Positions 9,388 through 19,112 of a stretch of 64,000 nucleotides of DNA are shown piece after piece (position 1 is the first letter of the stretch; each line of letters starts with the position of its first letter). A program made the translations under genes and the position numbers. Source of the DNA: an uncultured delta proteobacterium (GTDB lineage: Bacteria > Desulfobacterota > Binatia > Binatales > Binataceae); contig CAVOUW010000001.1 in NCBI GenBank assembly GCA_963699705.1, forward strand, positions 268,409 to 332,408, given 5' to 3'. The notes under the pieces were generated by a model. It did not search any database and was not told where the DNA came from. It saw only the letters and a program-made list of their open reading frames with translations.

Positions 9388-9900
9388 ATGCGTAACTGGG
9401 AAGGGATTTGGCGCCGGGTTTTGGCAACGGCATTGACGATATTGATTGGCAGTGCGAGCGCTGGGGCGGCGCCGCCGATGGACAAGAACTTTTATCTGCC
9501 TGATGCGACGGCGTCGAAGATCGTTTCTGTCACGAAGGAGGGCAATCCGGAAGCCGAGGTGATCGTTCTGACCGAGGCGGTCGCGATCAAGGAGACGGGA
9601 CCCAAGGAGACGGTCGCGAAATTTGGCGAGGTTTACGCATTCTCGCCGACGTTCCTCGCGATTCGGCGCGAAGTGCCGACGATGCTCACGTTCTGGAACC
9701 TTCAGCCCGACGACGAGCACGACTTCATGCTCGCAGCGCCGGATTCAACCGTGCTGATGCATCTGAAACTGATGCCGCTCACGAAGACGTCGTACATTTT
9801 CACTTTTCACAAGGACGGGATCTTTAATTTCTACTGTGCGGTGCATCAACCGGAGATGAACGGGCAGATTCTCGTGCTGCCAGCGACCAGCGCGAAGTGA
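9388..9900 (+). CDS. Secreted cupredoxin (type-1 blue copper protein-like)
   Basis: Signal peptide, then a C-terminal copper-ligand pattern C-A-V-H-Q-P-E-M with an upstream His (DDEHDF). Confidence 0.7.
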   Translation: MRNWEGIWRRVLATALTILIGSASAGAAPPMDKNFYLPDATASKIVSVTKEGNPEAEVIVLTEAVAIKETGPKETVAKFGEVYAFSPTFLAIRREVPTMLTFWNLQPDDEHDFMLAAPDSTVLMHLKLMPLTKTSYIFTFHKDGIFNFYCAVHQPEMNGQILVLPATSAK

Positions 9901-9909
9901 TAGTAGGGC

Positions 9910-11356
9910 CTAGGCGGGCTGCTCGATTCGGCGGATGGCGGCGTTGAGGCGATCGACGGTGCGGCGCTTGCCGAGCACTGCAATCACTTCATAGATACCG
10001 GGACTGACGGTGCCGCCGGTGAGCGCGACGCGGACTGGCTGCGCTAGTTGGCCCAGCTTCAGGTTGAACTTCGTAAGGACCGATTCGAAGACCGCTTGTA
10101 TAGACGCTTCGGTGAACTCGCCCTCGCCTGCCTCGAGTCCAGCCGCCAGCGCGCGTAGTGGCTCGGCAATTTCCGGCTTCAGAAATTTCGCCGAGGCCTT
10201 CGCATCGATTTCGATGTCGTCCTTTAGATAAAACGACGCGAAGTCCACCAGCTCAACGAGTGTCTTGGCGCGCTCGTGCAGGGTTGCGACGGCTTTTTCG
10301 AGCCATGCGTCGTCGCCCGGAATCGTCCATCCGCGTTTTGCGATTAATGGTTTTATCTCGGCGACCAATTGCGAGAGCGGCCGTGCTTTCAGGTAGTGAA
10401 AATTAAGCCAGAGCAATTTCTCGGCGTTGAATACGCCGGCTGATTTTCCGCACGCCTCGAAGCCAAAAAACTCGATCAACTCGTCCTTTGAGAAAATTTC
10501 CTGGTCGCCGTGCGACCATCCGAGGCGCGCCAGGTAGTTCAGTAGCGCCTCCGGGAAATAGCCAGCCTCGCGATACGCGACGACCGACGTCGCGCCGTGA
10601 CGCTTGGACAGCTTCGAGCCGTCGGGACCCATCACCTGCGGGAGATGAGCGAAGGCTGGCGGCGTGAAGCCGAACGCATACGCCATCTGCATCTGGCGCG
10701 GAGTGTTCGAGACATGGTCGTCGCCGCGAACGATGTGGGTCACGTGCATGTCAACGTCGTCGAGGATGCTCGCGAAGTTGTAAATCGGCGAGCCGTCCGA
10801 ACGCACGATAATGAAATCGTCGAGCTCGCTGTTCTGGAAGACGATGCGGCCCTTCACCAGATCGTCGACGACGGTCTCGCCGTCCAGCGGCATCGCGAAT
10901 CGGATCGTGTAGTTGCGATCGGCGGATTTATCGGGCAGCGCCAGGTCCGGTAGGGAAGTCAAGATTGCGGCATTTGCGATCGTACACAGGCCGGCGATGC
11001 TCGCGCTCGGCCTGCTTGCGCTTGGCGTCGAGTTCCTCGGCCGAGCAGTAGCATGGATATGCTTTGTGCTCGCGCAAAAGTTTCAGCGCCGCCTCGCGAT
11101 GCCGTGCGACTCGATTGGTCTGGAAGTATGTCTCGTCGGGCGGGCCTTCGTCCCATTCCATCCCGAGCCATTTCAAGTCCGCGAGTTGTTCTTCGAGCGA
11201 TTCTTTCGTCGATCGCTCAATATCGGTGTCGTCGATGCGCAGAATGAATGTGCCGTGGTTGTGCCGAGCGTACAGGTAGGCGAACAGCCCCGAGCGAACG
11301 TTGCCGATGTGCAGCGAGCCGGTAGGACTCGGCGCGAAACGCGTGCGAACCGTCAT
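9910..11356 (-). pseudogene. gltX: Glutamate--tRNA ligase, single frame break at about 10954-10966
   Basis: The N-terminal part ([14 protein letters not shown], class I HIGH-type motif) ends out of frame after ..YDRKCRNL. The C-terminal part continues in another frame from LTSLPDLA.. and contains the KMSKS-type LSKRHG. The ATG overlaps the guaA stop. Confidence 0.85.
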
Positions 11357-12885
11357 CACTCCCACTCGATCGTCGCCGGCGGCTTCGACGTGATGTCGTA
11401 AACGACGCGGTTGACGCCCTTGACCTCGTTGGTAATCCGGCTCGACACGCGCGCGAGAAAGGCCGGATCGAGCCGCGCCCAATCCGCCGTCATCCCGTCC
11501 ATCGACTCGACTGCGCGAATCGCGATGACGCTTTCGTAGCTGCGGCCGTCGCCCATCACGCCGACCGTCTTGAGTGGCAGCAGGACCGCGAACGCCTGCC
11601 AGAGTTTGAGGCCGAAGCCCGCGGCCGCGGTTTCTTCCATCACGATTGCGTCGGCGCGCCGGAGCAAGTCGAGCCGATCGCGCGTGACCTCGCCGACGAT
11701 TCTCACCGCCAGGCCGGGGCCTGGGAACGGCTCGCGATCAACGATCTCTGGTGCGAGCCCGAGCTGGCGCCCTGCTTCGCGGACCTCATCCTTGAACAGT
11801 TCGCGCAGCGGCTCGACGAGTTCCAGGCGCATCCGCTCCGGCAATCCGCCGACATTGTGATGGCTCTTGATCACCTGCGACGGACCCTTGAACGAAACCG
11901 ATTCGATCACATCGGGGTAGAGCGTTCCCTGGCCGAGAAATTTTGCGCCCTTGACCACTTCCTCGGACTCGAACACGTCGATGAAGGTATGCCCGATGAT
12001 GCGGCGCTTCTGCTCGGGGTCAATCACGCCCGCGAGCCGCGACAGGAACAGTTCGGACGCATCGGTGACTTTCAGATCGATTCCGAGCTGGCCTGCGAAG
12101 GTATTTTCCATCCGCTCGCGCTCGCCCGCGCGCAGCAATCCGGTATCGACGAACACGCAATGCAGGCGCGAGCCGATTGCGCGATGTATCAACGCCGCCG
12201 CCACTGACGAATCGACGCCGCCCGACAATCCCATCAGGACTTTGTCGGTCGGGCCGACCTGCTTGCGAATCTCGGCGAGTTTGGTCTCGACAAAATTCGC
12301 CATGGTCCAGTCGCCGCGCTCGCCGCAGATTTTCAGCACGAAGTTGCGCAGCACTTGCGTGCCGCACGGGGTGTGAACGACCTCCGGATGAAACTGGATT
12401 CCTCGCAGACGGCCGTCGCGCGACTTGAACGCCGCGTACGGCGAGTTGTCGCTGTGTGCAATCGCGCACAGCGCGCCCGGAATTGCCTCGACGCGATCGC
12501 CGTGACTCATCCAGACGCGATGTTCGCGGCCGTCGAGGCCCTCGAACAGCGTGTCGTCGCCGTCTATCACCAAGGTCGCCGGCCCGTATTCGCGTTGTCG
12601 CGAGCTGACGCTGCGCGCGCCCATGTGCTGCGCGATTACGTAGAGCCCGTAGCAGATTCCGAGGACGGGGCAGTCGAGGTTGAGCACTTCGTCGGCGATA
12701 TCGGGCGCATTGTCGTCGTAGAGGCTGGCGGGTCCGCCGGAAAGAATAATTCCGCGAGGGTTGAGCGCACGGATTTTATCGAGCGCGAAATTGAACGGAT
12801 GGATTTCGCAATACACGTTCGCCTCGCGCACGCGCCGTGCGATCAGCTGCGTGTACTGGCTGCCGAAATCTAAAATCAGTATCAC
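11356..12885 (-). CDS. guaA: GMP synthase (glutamine-hydrolysing)
   Basis: GATase domain [27 protein letters not shown]-loop [10 protein letters not shown], and C-terminal KPPATIEWE. The most plausible start is GTG at 12885; the ORF track extends to 12948. Confidence 0.9.
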   Translation of the reverse strand: MILILDFGSQYTQLIARRVREANVYCEIHPFNFALDKIRALNPRGIILSGGPASLYDDNAPDIADEVLNLDCPVLGICYGLYVIAQHMGARSVSSRQREYGPATLVIDGDDTLFEGLDGREHRVWMSHGDRVEAIPGALCAIAHSDNSPYAAFKSRDGRLRGIQFHPEVVHTPCGTQVLRNFVLKICGERGDWTMANFVETKLAEIRKQVGPTDKVLMGLSGGVDSSVAAALIHRAIGSRLHCVFVDTGLLRAGERERMENTFAGQLGIDLKVTDASELFLSRLAGVIDPEQKRRIIGHTFIDVFESEEVVKGAKFLGQGTLYPDVIESVSFKGPSQVIKSHHNVGGLPERMRLELVEPLRELFKDEVREAGRQLGLAPEIVDREPFPGPGLAVRIVGEVTRDRLDLLRRADAIVMEETAAAGFGLKLWQAFAVLLPLKTVGVMGDGRSYESVIAIRAVESMDGMTADWARLDPAFLARVSSRITNEVKGVNRVVYDITSKPPATIEWE

Positions 12886-12976
12886 TGTACGTTGAAATAT
12901 ACCGGACGCGGCGCGGGGTAAGAAACGCCGCCGCGCGCCGGTCCACAAGTGTAACCAAGGCGCGCCTCCGGAACAG

Positions 12977-13060
12977 AGGCGGAATCTTGAATCGCGCGCG
13001 AAAAATGCGCGCTGGACAAGGTCCCTCTCCTTAAATCCTCTCCCGACGGGAGAGGGGAAG
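12977..13060 (+). repeat. Repeat family C, copy 1 (two-hairpin element of about 85 bp)
   Basis: gaatctt..cgcgcgcg-aaaaat-gcgcgc hairpin followed by cctctccc-gac-gggagagg hairpin. It parallels 39554..39638 and, inverted, 52505..52587. Confidence 0.65.
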
Positions 13061-13083
13061 AGAGACCAAGCAGCTATGAGCGC

Positions 13084-13422
13084 TTACTTATGGTTCTTTG
13101 CGATCGGGATTGAGTAGTCGCGGTCCAGCACGTACTTCTGAGCGTCCTTGCTCCACACGTACGCCTGGTGTTCCTCCATAGAGGGACAGCAATGAGCGTC
13201 GCTGCCAACCCAGCTTCCGGACTTCAGGACAAGTTTGTCTGCGGAAGCTTCCTCGACGTTGACGCGCTCAGCGAAAATGTCATGGAAGAGCGCCGTAACC
13301 TTTCCGGCCCGACAGCCGAGTACAAGCAAATCCATCCAACCGCCAGAACCAGTCAGGTGCTCCGATTCGACCACAATGAGACGGCGGTCGTCCGCTATAT
13401 TACGGTCTTCGTGGACAGCCAC
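13084..13422 (-). CDS. Hypothetical protein in a visibly lower-GC patch
   Basis: 112-aa ORF with a GTG start. An in-frame stop lies 25 codons upstream of the GTG, so it cannot extend much further. No family recognised. Confidence 0.45.
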   Translation of the reverse strand: MAVHEDRNIADDRRLIVVESEHLTGSGGWMDLLVLGCRAGKVTALFHDIFAERVNVEEASADKLVLKSGSWVGSDAHCCPSMEEHQAYVWSKDAQKYVLDRDYSIPIAKNHK

Positions 13423-13665
13423 CTTCCAGTCACACTCTTTTGGATCGTCTTCATCTTCCGAGTAGCAACCCGTACCGATGCGAGAAATCTAAACTGCCTG
13501 AACTGCCTAAAATACTTATGAGACGAGCGGCCTTAGCCTTTCGCAAGTCGCTGCACGGAAAGTCTTTTGCCAAGCCGAGACCGTGCGCACTCCGAAAAGA
13601 ATCGCAACTGAGATCGTGAACGCGAGGGATCTTCGTTTACGCATTGAGTTCGCAATACACGTTGG

Positions 13666-15051
13666 CTACGCGCGGGCGGGTTTGGTGCGGGGGGCGGGGC
13701 GGTTGCGGGGCTTGCCGCGGGTGGGGCGCGGCGGGGCGCCTTGCACCCATGAGCGGCCGGTGCGCTTAAAGTCCAGTCGCAGGGGAGTGCCGACGAGGCC
13801 GAGCGATTTTCGGAATCGGGTTTCGATGAAGCGCACGTAATGCGCCGGGATGCCGCGCTCGACGTTGGTGAAGAAGCGAAGTCGCGGCGGCGCGTTGCCG
13901 ACCTGCGTCACGTACATCAGATTCAAGCGGCGGCGATCGACCTGCGGCGGATCCATCGCAGCGGTCGCCTCGGCCAGCGTTCGATTGAGCCGCGAGGTCT
14001 GAAAAACCGCGCGCCAGGAATCGCCCGCCTGCGTTGCCGCCGGGATGATGCCGTCCACGCCGTCGCCGGTCACCGCCGAGGTGAAGACCATCGAGGCGTA
14101 TTCGAGGAACGGGTAGCGCTCATGCGCGTCGCGAACGAAGGTCGCAACCTTGCGCCCCGACTTCGCCGCGACGTCCCATTTGTTGCACACGATCACCATC
14201 GCGCGATCGCTGGTGTCCACCAGCCGCGCCAGGCGCGCGTCCTGGTCGGTGATTCCCTCGCTCGCGTCGATCACCAGCAGCACGACGTTGGCGCGGCGGA
14301 TGGTTTCGATCGCGCGGCCGACCGAATGATGCTCGAGCTCGCCTTCGACCTTCGGCGGACGCCGGATTCCGGCGGTGTCGATCAGCAGCACGTCGCGGCC
14401 GTTGGACGAGAGCCGCACGTCCACCGGGTCGCGCGTAGTGCCGGGAGTGTCGTCGACGATGGCGCGCTCGAATCCGGATAGACGATTGAGCAGCGACGAC
14501 TTGCCGACGTTGGGGCGGCCGATCAGCGCGAGTCTCAAATCTGGCGCGGGCGCAACGGCGCTTTCGCGCTCGGGCAGGCGGGCGACGACTTCGTCGAGCA
14601 GCTCGTCGACACCGCGTCCGTGCGCGGCCGAAATGAAAAACAAGTCGTCGCCACCGAGCGCGTAGAATTCGGAAGCCTGGGACTCTTGTCCCGGCGAATC
14701 GATCTTGTTGACCGCCAGAATGAGCGGGCATCCGGTTTCGCGCACCAGCGCGAGCGCTTCGGAGTCGGCCTCGCTCAGCCCTCCCCTGCCGTCGAGCATG
14801 AAGACGACGACGTCGGCGACTCCGACTGCGGCGAGCGCCTCGGTGACGATACGTTCGGTCATCCGCTCATGGCCGCCGAGCTCGAGGCCGCCGCTATCGA
14901 TCACGACAAATTCGCGATCGCCGTATTTGGCGCGCGCGAAATTCAGATCGCGAGTCGTGCCAGGGATCGCGCTGGTAATCGCGCGGCCACCTTTTGCGAT
15001 TCGATTGAACAGAGTCGATTTGCCGGCGTTCGCGCGCCCGACCAACACGAC
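13666..15051 (-). CDS. der: Ribosome-associated GTPase Der/EngA (two G domains plus KH-like domain)
   Basis: Two P-loops ([12 protein letters not shown] and [12 protein letters not shown]), two DTxG and NKxD motifs. The C-terminal tail is basic and Pro/Arg-rich. The start is GTG or TTG around 15048-15051. Confidence 0.9.
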   Translation of the reverse strand, partial: VVLVGRANAGKSTLFNRIAKGGRAITSAIPGTTRDLNFARAKYGDREFVVIDSGGLELGGHERMTERIVTEALAAVGVADVVVFMLDGRGGLSEADSEALALVRETGCPLILAVNKIDSPGQESQASEFYALGGDDLFFISAAHGRGVDELLDEVVARLPERESAVAPAPDLRLALIGRPNVGKSSLLNRLSGFERAIVDDTPGTTRDPVDVRLSSNGRDVLLIDTAGIRRPPKVEGELEHHSVGRAIETIRRANVVLLVIDASEGITDQDARLARLVDTSDRAMVIVCNKWDVAAKSGRKVATFVRDAHERYPFLEYASMVFTSAVTGDGVDGIIPAATQAGDSWRAVFQTSRLNRTLAEATAAMDPPQVDRRRLNLMYVTQVGNAPPRLRFFTNVERGIPAHYVRFIETRFRKSLGLVGTPLRLDFKRTGRSWVQGAPPRPTRGKPRNRPAPRTKPARA

Positions 15052-15114
15052 GGCGGGCAGACCCTCGGCCGCAATCCGCCGCGCCTCATCGCCGGTTGCT
15101 TTTGCGTGGCTTGG

Positions 15115-16002
15115 TCACAGTCCGAACTCGGCGAGCTTGCGCGGGTCGCGAGTCCAGTCGCGCTCGACTTTGACGACGATTTCCAGGAATACGCGCGCGC
15201 CGAGAATTTCCTCGAGCTCGATTCGCGCCGCAGTTCCGATTTCCTTGAGGGTGGCGCCGCCGGCGCCGATCAGCATGCCCTTGTGCGACTCGCGATCAAC
15301 GACCACGGTCGCGCCGATCCGTTTGAGCTTACGTTCTTCGTCGTCTTCGAATTTTTCGACTTTGACGGCGGTCGAGAATGGAATCTCCTGGCGCATTTTC
15401 AGAAATATTTTTTCGCGCACGATTTCTTCCGCGATCATTCGCTCGGTCTGATCGGTATAATCATCCGGCGACATCAGATCCGGGCTCTCGGGGAGCATCC
15501 GCTTGAGCGTCACAAGCAACTCCTCGAGGTTTTCGCCGGTGCGCGCGCTGATGGGAACGATTTCGGCGCCGGGAAAGCCGCGGTTGATTTCCTCGATCAG
15601 CGGGAGCAGTTGCGCGCGCGGAATGCGATCGACCTTGTTGATCGCGACCACGGTCGGACGGCCGAGCGCGCGAATATCGATCAACACGGCGCGATCTCCG
15701 GGATTGAGATGATCGCCCGCTTCCACAACGGCCAGAATGACTTCGCCCTCAGCGATCGCGCGGCGCGCGGTCTGCACCATGCGCTGGTTGAGTTGCTTTT
15801 TCGCTTCGTGGAGACCGGGCGTGTCGATCAGCAGGATCTGCGCGTCGGGGTCGCTGCGGATTCCGAGAATTCGGCGGCGCGTGGTCTGCGGGCGCGGCGT
15901 GACGATCGCGACCTTGTGGCCGACCAACTTATTGACCAGCGTGGATTTGCCGACGTTGGTGCGTCCCGCGACTGCGACGAATCCCGCGCGATGCTCACCC
16001 AT
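15115..16002 (-). CDS. era: GTPase Era
   Basis: MGEHRAGFVAVAGRTNVGKSTLVN, DTPG, NKVD and a C-terminal KH domain. The ATG at 16002 overlaps the rnc stop by 8 nt. The upstream part of the tracked ORF is out-of-context read-through. Confidence 0.9.
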   Translation of the reverse strand: MGEHRAGFVAVAGRTNVGKSTLVNKLVGHKVAIVTPRPQTTRRRILGIRSDPDAQILLIDTPGLHEAKKQLNQRMVQTARRAIAEGEVILAVVEAGDHLNPGDRAVLIDIRALGRPTVVAINKVDRIPRAQLLPLIEEINRGFPGAEIVPISARTGENLEELLVTLKRMLPESPDLMSPDDYTDQTERMIAEEIVREKIFLKMRQEIPFSTAVKVEKFEDDEERKLKRIGATVVVDRESHKGMLIGAGGATLKEIGTAARIELEEILGARVFLEIVVKVERDWTRDPRKLAEFGL

Positions 16003-16756
16003 CGCGCTCACCGCGTTCCTCTTCGATTCGATCCAGCGCGAGGCGCGCGGCGGCCTGCTCGCTCTGCTTCTTGCTGCCGCCTTCCGCCACGCCGAGGTCG
16101 CGTCCCGCGATTCGGATTCGAGTGGTGAAGCGCTTGGCGTGATCAGGTCCTTCCGAGCCGACCAGTTCGTAAACCGGCTGCGTGCGAAAATGCCGATACG
16201 CGATTTCCTGCAGTTCGGTTTTGTAATCGCGCTCGGCGGAAGGCCCGCCGATATCATTTTCAAACAGGCGCTCGACCACTTGCTGCGCGGGCGCAAGTCC
16301 GCCGTCGGTGTAGATTGCGCCGATCACCGCCTCGAACACGGCGGCCAGAATCGAGGTCTTCTCGCGGCCGCCGCTTTTTTCTTCGCCTTTACCTAAGCGC
16401 ATCATCTCGTTCAGTGAAATCGCCTGCGCCTTGAGCGCCAGCGTGCGCGCGTTCACGATCGACGCACGCTGCTTGGAGAGCGGGCCTTCCTTGGCGGTCG
16501 GAAACTTACGCATCAGCAAGTCTGCAATCGCGAGATCGAGCACCGCGTCGCCAAGAAACTCGAGGCGCTCGTAATGAACGTCGGTGCCGACCGCCGCGCT
16601 CGGATGCGTCAACGCGGTCTCGAGCAGGTCCGCGCGCGCGAACGCATAGCCGAGCACCCGCTCGAGTTTATTGCCGGGATGATCAGGAGGGCCGGCCGCA
16701 GGCGGTTCGATCTGCCCGCGGCCAAGCAATCTCTCCAACCAGTTGGGTGCCTTCAA
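15995..16756 (-). CDS. rnc: Ribonuclease III
   Basis: RNase III signature ERLEFLGDAVL and a dsRBD at the C-terminus. The first ATG gives a 74-nt overlap with mtaB, so the start is uncertain. Confidence 0.85.
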   Translation of the reverse strand: MKAPNWLERLLGRGQIEPPAAGPPDHPGNKLERVLGYAFARADLLETALTHPSAAVGTDVHYERLEFLGDAVLDLAIADLLMRKFPTAKEGPLSKQRASIVNARTLALKAQAISLNEMMRLGKGEEKSGGREKTSILAAVFEAVIGAIYTDGGLAPAQQVVERLFENDIGGPSAERDYKTELQEIAYRHFRTQPVYELVGSEGPDHAKRFTTRIRIAGRDLGVAEGGSKKQSEQAAARLALDRIEEERGERDG

Positions 16757-18014
16757 CGGTTGACGCCTCCACCTCGACCTCGCGGTTTGTCAGTTCGTCG
16801 GGGCCCTGCGCGGATACCCGCAGGTAATTGCGGCTGTATCCTCGCAGCTTGCCATCCGTTCCACGGTCTTCAAGTAATACCTTAAGTTTTGTTCCGACGA
16901 AGCGGCGGGCGAAATCGACCCGTTTGCGATCGCCGAGTTCGCGCATCAGAGCCGCGCGCCGTTTGATTTCGGGCGGCGCTACCCGGCCCGAAAATTTCGC
17001 CGCGGTGGTTCCTGCTCGCACCGAATACGGAAACACGTGAAAGTATGCAAGCGGGATCGATTCGACGAAGTTAAAGTACGAGTCGAAATGCGCGCCGGTC
17101 TCGCCCGGAAACCCGACGATCAGATCGGTGCCAATTGCGGCGTCAGGCCACGCCGCGAGGACGCGATCGACGCGATCGCGAAAGTAGTCGCGTCGATAAC
17201 GTCGGCGCATCCGCGACAAGGTCTCGTCGTCGCCGGATTGCAGCGGCAGATGCAGATGCGGGCAGAATTTTGGGCTGCTCGAAATTATTTTAATGATGCG
17301 GTCGGTCAACTCTTCGGGATCGAGCGAGCTGATGCGCACGCGATCGAGCGGGCATCGTTCGGCGATCATCTCGAGCAGCTCGGCGAGCTCAACCTGAGGT
17401 TCGAGATCCTTGCCGTAGCCGCCGAGATGGACGCCGGTGAGAACGACTTCCTTGAAACCACGCGTGTGAAGGTCGTCGAGGGCCGCCATCACGCGGCGCG
17501 GATCGACGCTACGTGAAGTGCCGCGCGAAAACGGCACGATACAGAAAGTACAGAACTGATCGCATCCCTCCTGCAACTTCAGAAACGCGCGCGTATGGCC
17601 GTCGAGGGTGACGGCGGCCATTTCAATTGGCGCTTTCTCTTTGCGCAGGTTGGTGACCATCACGCGCTCACCGGCTCCAGAAGCCACTGCGCGCTCGAGG
17701 TCGTCGAGACGGCCCAGTCCGATGACCGCATCGACCTCCGACGCTTTCGCCAGAACGTCCGGGCTCGCCTGCGCGAGGCATCCCGTCATAACGATGCGCG
17801 CGTTCGGATTGAGGCGGCGCGCTCGACGCGCGATCCGCAGACCCTCACTGTCGGCGCGATCGGTAATCGTGCAGGTGTTGACGATATAAACGTCGGCCTT
17901 TTCAGTGAATTCGCCGCGAACCATACCCAGGCCGCGGAGGCGCGACTCGATAATCGCAGAATCGTACTGATTGACCTTGCAGCCGAGGGTTGCGATTGCG
18001 AAGCGCGTTGCCAT
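16683..18014 (-). CDS. mtaB: Radical-SAM methylthiotransferase, MtaB-like (MiaB/RimO family)
   Basis: N-terminal TLGCKVNQYDS..VNTCTIT, radical-SAM cluster CDQFCTFCIVP, and a C-terminal TRAM-like domain. It has its own ATG at 18014, 2 nt after the mnmA stop codon. Confidence 0.8.
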   Translation of the reverse strand: MATRFAIATLGCKVNQYDSAIIESRLRGLGMVRGEFTEKADVYIVNTCTITDRADSEGLRIARRARRLNPNARIVMTGCLAQASPDVLAKASEVDAVIGLGRLDDLERAVASGAGERVMVTNLRKEKAPIEMAAVTLDGHTRAFLKLQEGCDQFCTFCIVPFSRGTSRSVDPRRVMAALDDLHTRGFKEVVLTGVHLGGYGKDLEPQVELAELLEMIAERCPLDRVRISSLDPEELTDRIIKIISSSPKFCPHLHLPLQSGDDETLSRMRRRYRRDYFRDRVDRVLAAWPDAAIGTDLIVGFPGETGAHFDSYFNFVESIPLAYFHVFPYSVRAGTTAAKFSGRVAPPEIKRRAALMRELGDRKRVDFARRFVGTKLKVLLEDRGTDGKLRGYSRNYLRVSAQGPDELTNREVEVEASTVEGTQLVGEIAWPRADRTACGRPS

Positions 18015-18016
18015 CG

Positions 18017-19112
18017 TCAACTCTCGAGCGCTCGTTCGATGAAGCCGCCGCCGATCACTTCGTCGCCGCGGTAAAAAACGCACGCCTGACCCGGCGTCAC
18101 AGCGGGACCGCTCGATGCGAAGCGAATCTCCGCGCGGCGATCTGAAGCGATGCGCATGGTCGCGGGGAGCGCGCGATGGCGATAGCGAATCTTCACCTCG
18201 ACGCGCACTTCGCCGGCCGGACGCGACCGAATCGTCAACGAGGCTGACTCGATTCGCGATGAGTCCCGAGGAATCGAGTTCGTCGCGACGGCCAGCGATG
18301 ACCTCGCCGGAATCGGCGCGAATCTCGCGGACGTAGAGACGCTCGCCGCTCGCGACACCGAGACCGCGGCGCTGGCCGACGGTGAATCGATGCACTCCGG
18401 CGTGATCGGCCAGCCGCTTTCCTTCGCCGTCGACAATTGAACCGGGGCGGAGTTGCGCGGGAGTGCTTCGGCGCTCGACAAAGCGCGCGTAATCGCCGTC
18501 GGGAACGAAGCAGATTTCCTGACTCTCGGGCTTGTCGGCGGTCGCGAGTCCCAACCCGCGCGCGCGGGCGCGAACTTCGGTCTTGGTCATCGCGCCAAGC
18601 GGAAAAATTGTGCGGGCGAGTTCGTCCTGGCCGAGGGTGAAAAGAAAGTACGACTGATCCTTGGTCTCGTCCACGGCGCGCAGCAGGTGAAACTTGTTGT
18701 CGGCGCCCTGCTCTATTCGCGCGTAATGGCCGGTCGCGACGTAGTCAGCATTCAGGGCGCGGGCGCGGCTCCACAGGCGATCGAACTTGATCTCGCGATT
18801 GCACATGACGCAGGGATTCGGCGTGCGGCCGCCGAGATATTCGGAGACGAAGTTGTCAACCACGCGCGCGGCGAAGTCGGCGCGCAAATCGATCACGTAA
18901 AACGGAAAATCCATACGCTCGGCCACCCGACGCGCATCTTCGAAGTCGTCGTGCGAGCAGCAGGTGCCGCGACGCTTCGCGATCGGCGCGGTAAGCTCGG
19001 GTGCAAGGCGCATCGCGACGCCAACGACGTCATAGTCCTGCTCGCGCAGAATCGCCGCCGCGACACTGCTATCCACGCCGCCTGACATCGCGACCAGCAC
19101 TCGGGGCTTCAT
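18017..19112 (-). pseudogene. mnmA: tRNA 2-thiouridine(34) synthase, single frame break at about 18220-18224
   Basis: PP-loop [11 protein letters not shown] and N-terminal/central domains are in one frame. The canonical C-terminus (VEVKIRYRH..VTPGQACVFYRGDEVIGGGFI) is in another frame and ends at 18017. Confidence 0.85.

Noticed and set aside
10954-10966. Programmed ribosomal frameshifting or recoding as the explanation for the split genes
   Set aside because: No slippery heptamer or downstream pseudoknot is evident at the junctions I read. Fourteen events in unrelated genes, at least one in a homopolymer, are far better explained by indel error.
14620-16128. Long ORFs antisense to real genes. 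Examples: 1828-2883(-), 14620-16128(+), 20815-22101(-), 23511-24866(+), 25187-26371(+), 30080-31480(+), 36610-37653(+), 53795-55465(+), 57090-58232(+), 62189-63340(-)
   Set aside because: These are typical shadow ORFs of GC-rich DNA. They have Arg/Ala/Gly/His-rich low-complexity translations and no recognisable motifs. Each lies opposite a gene with unmistakable conserved motifs.
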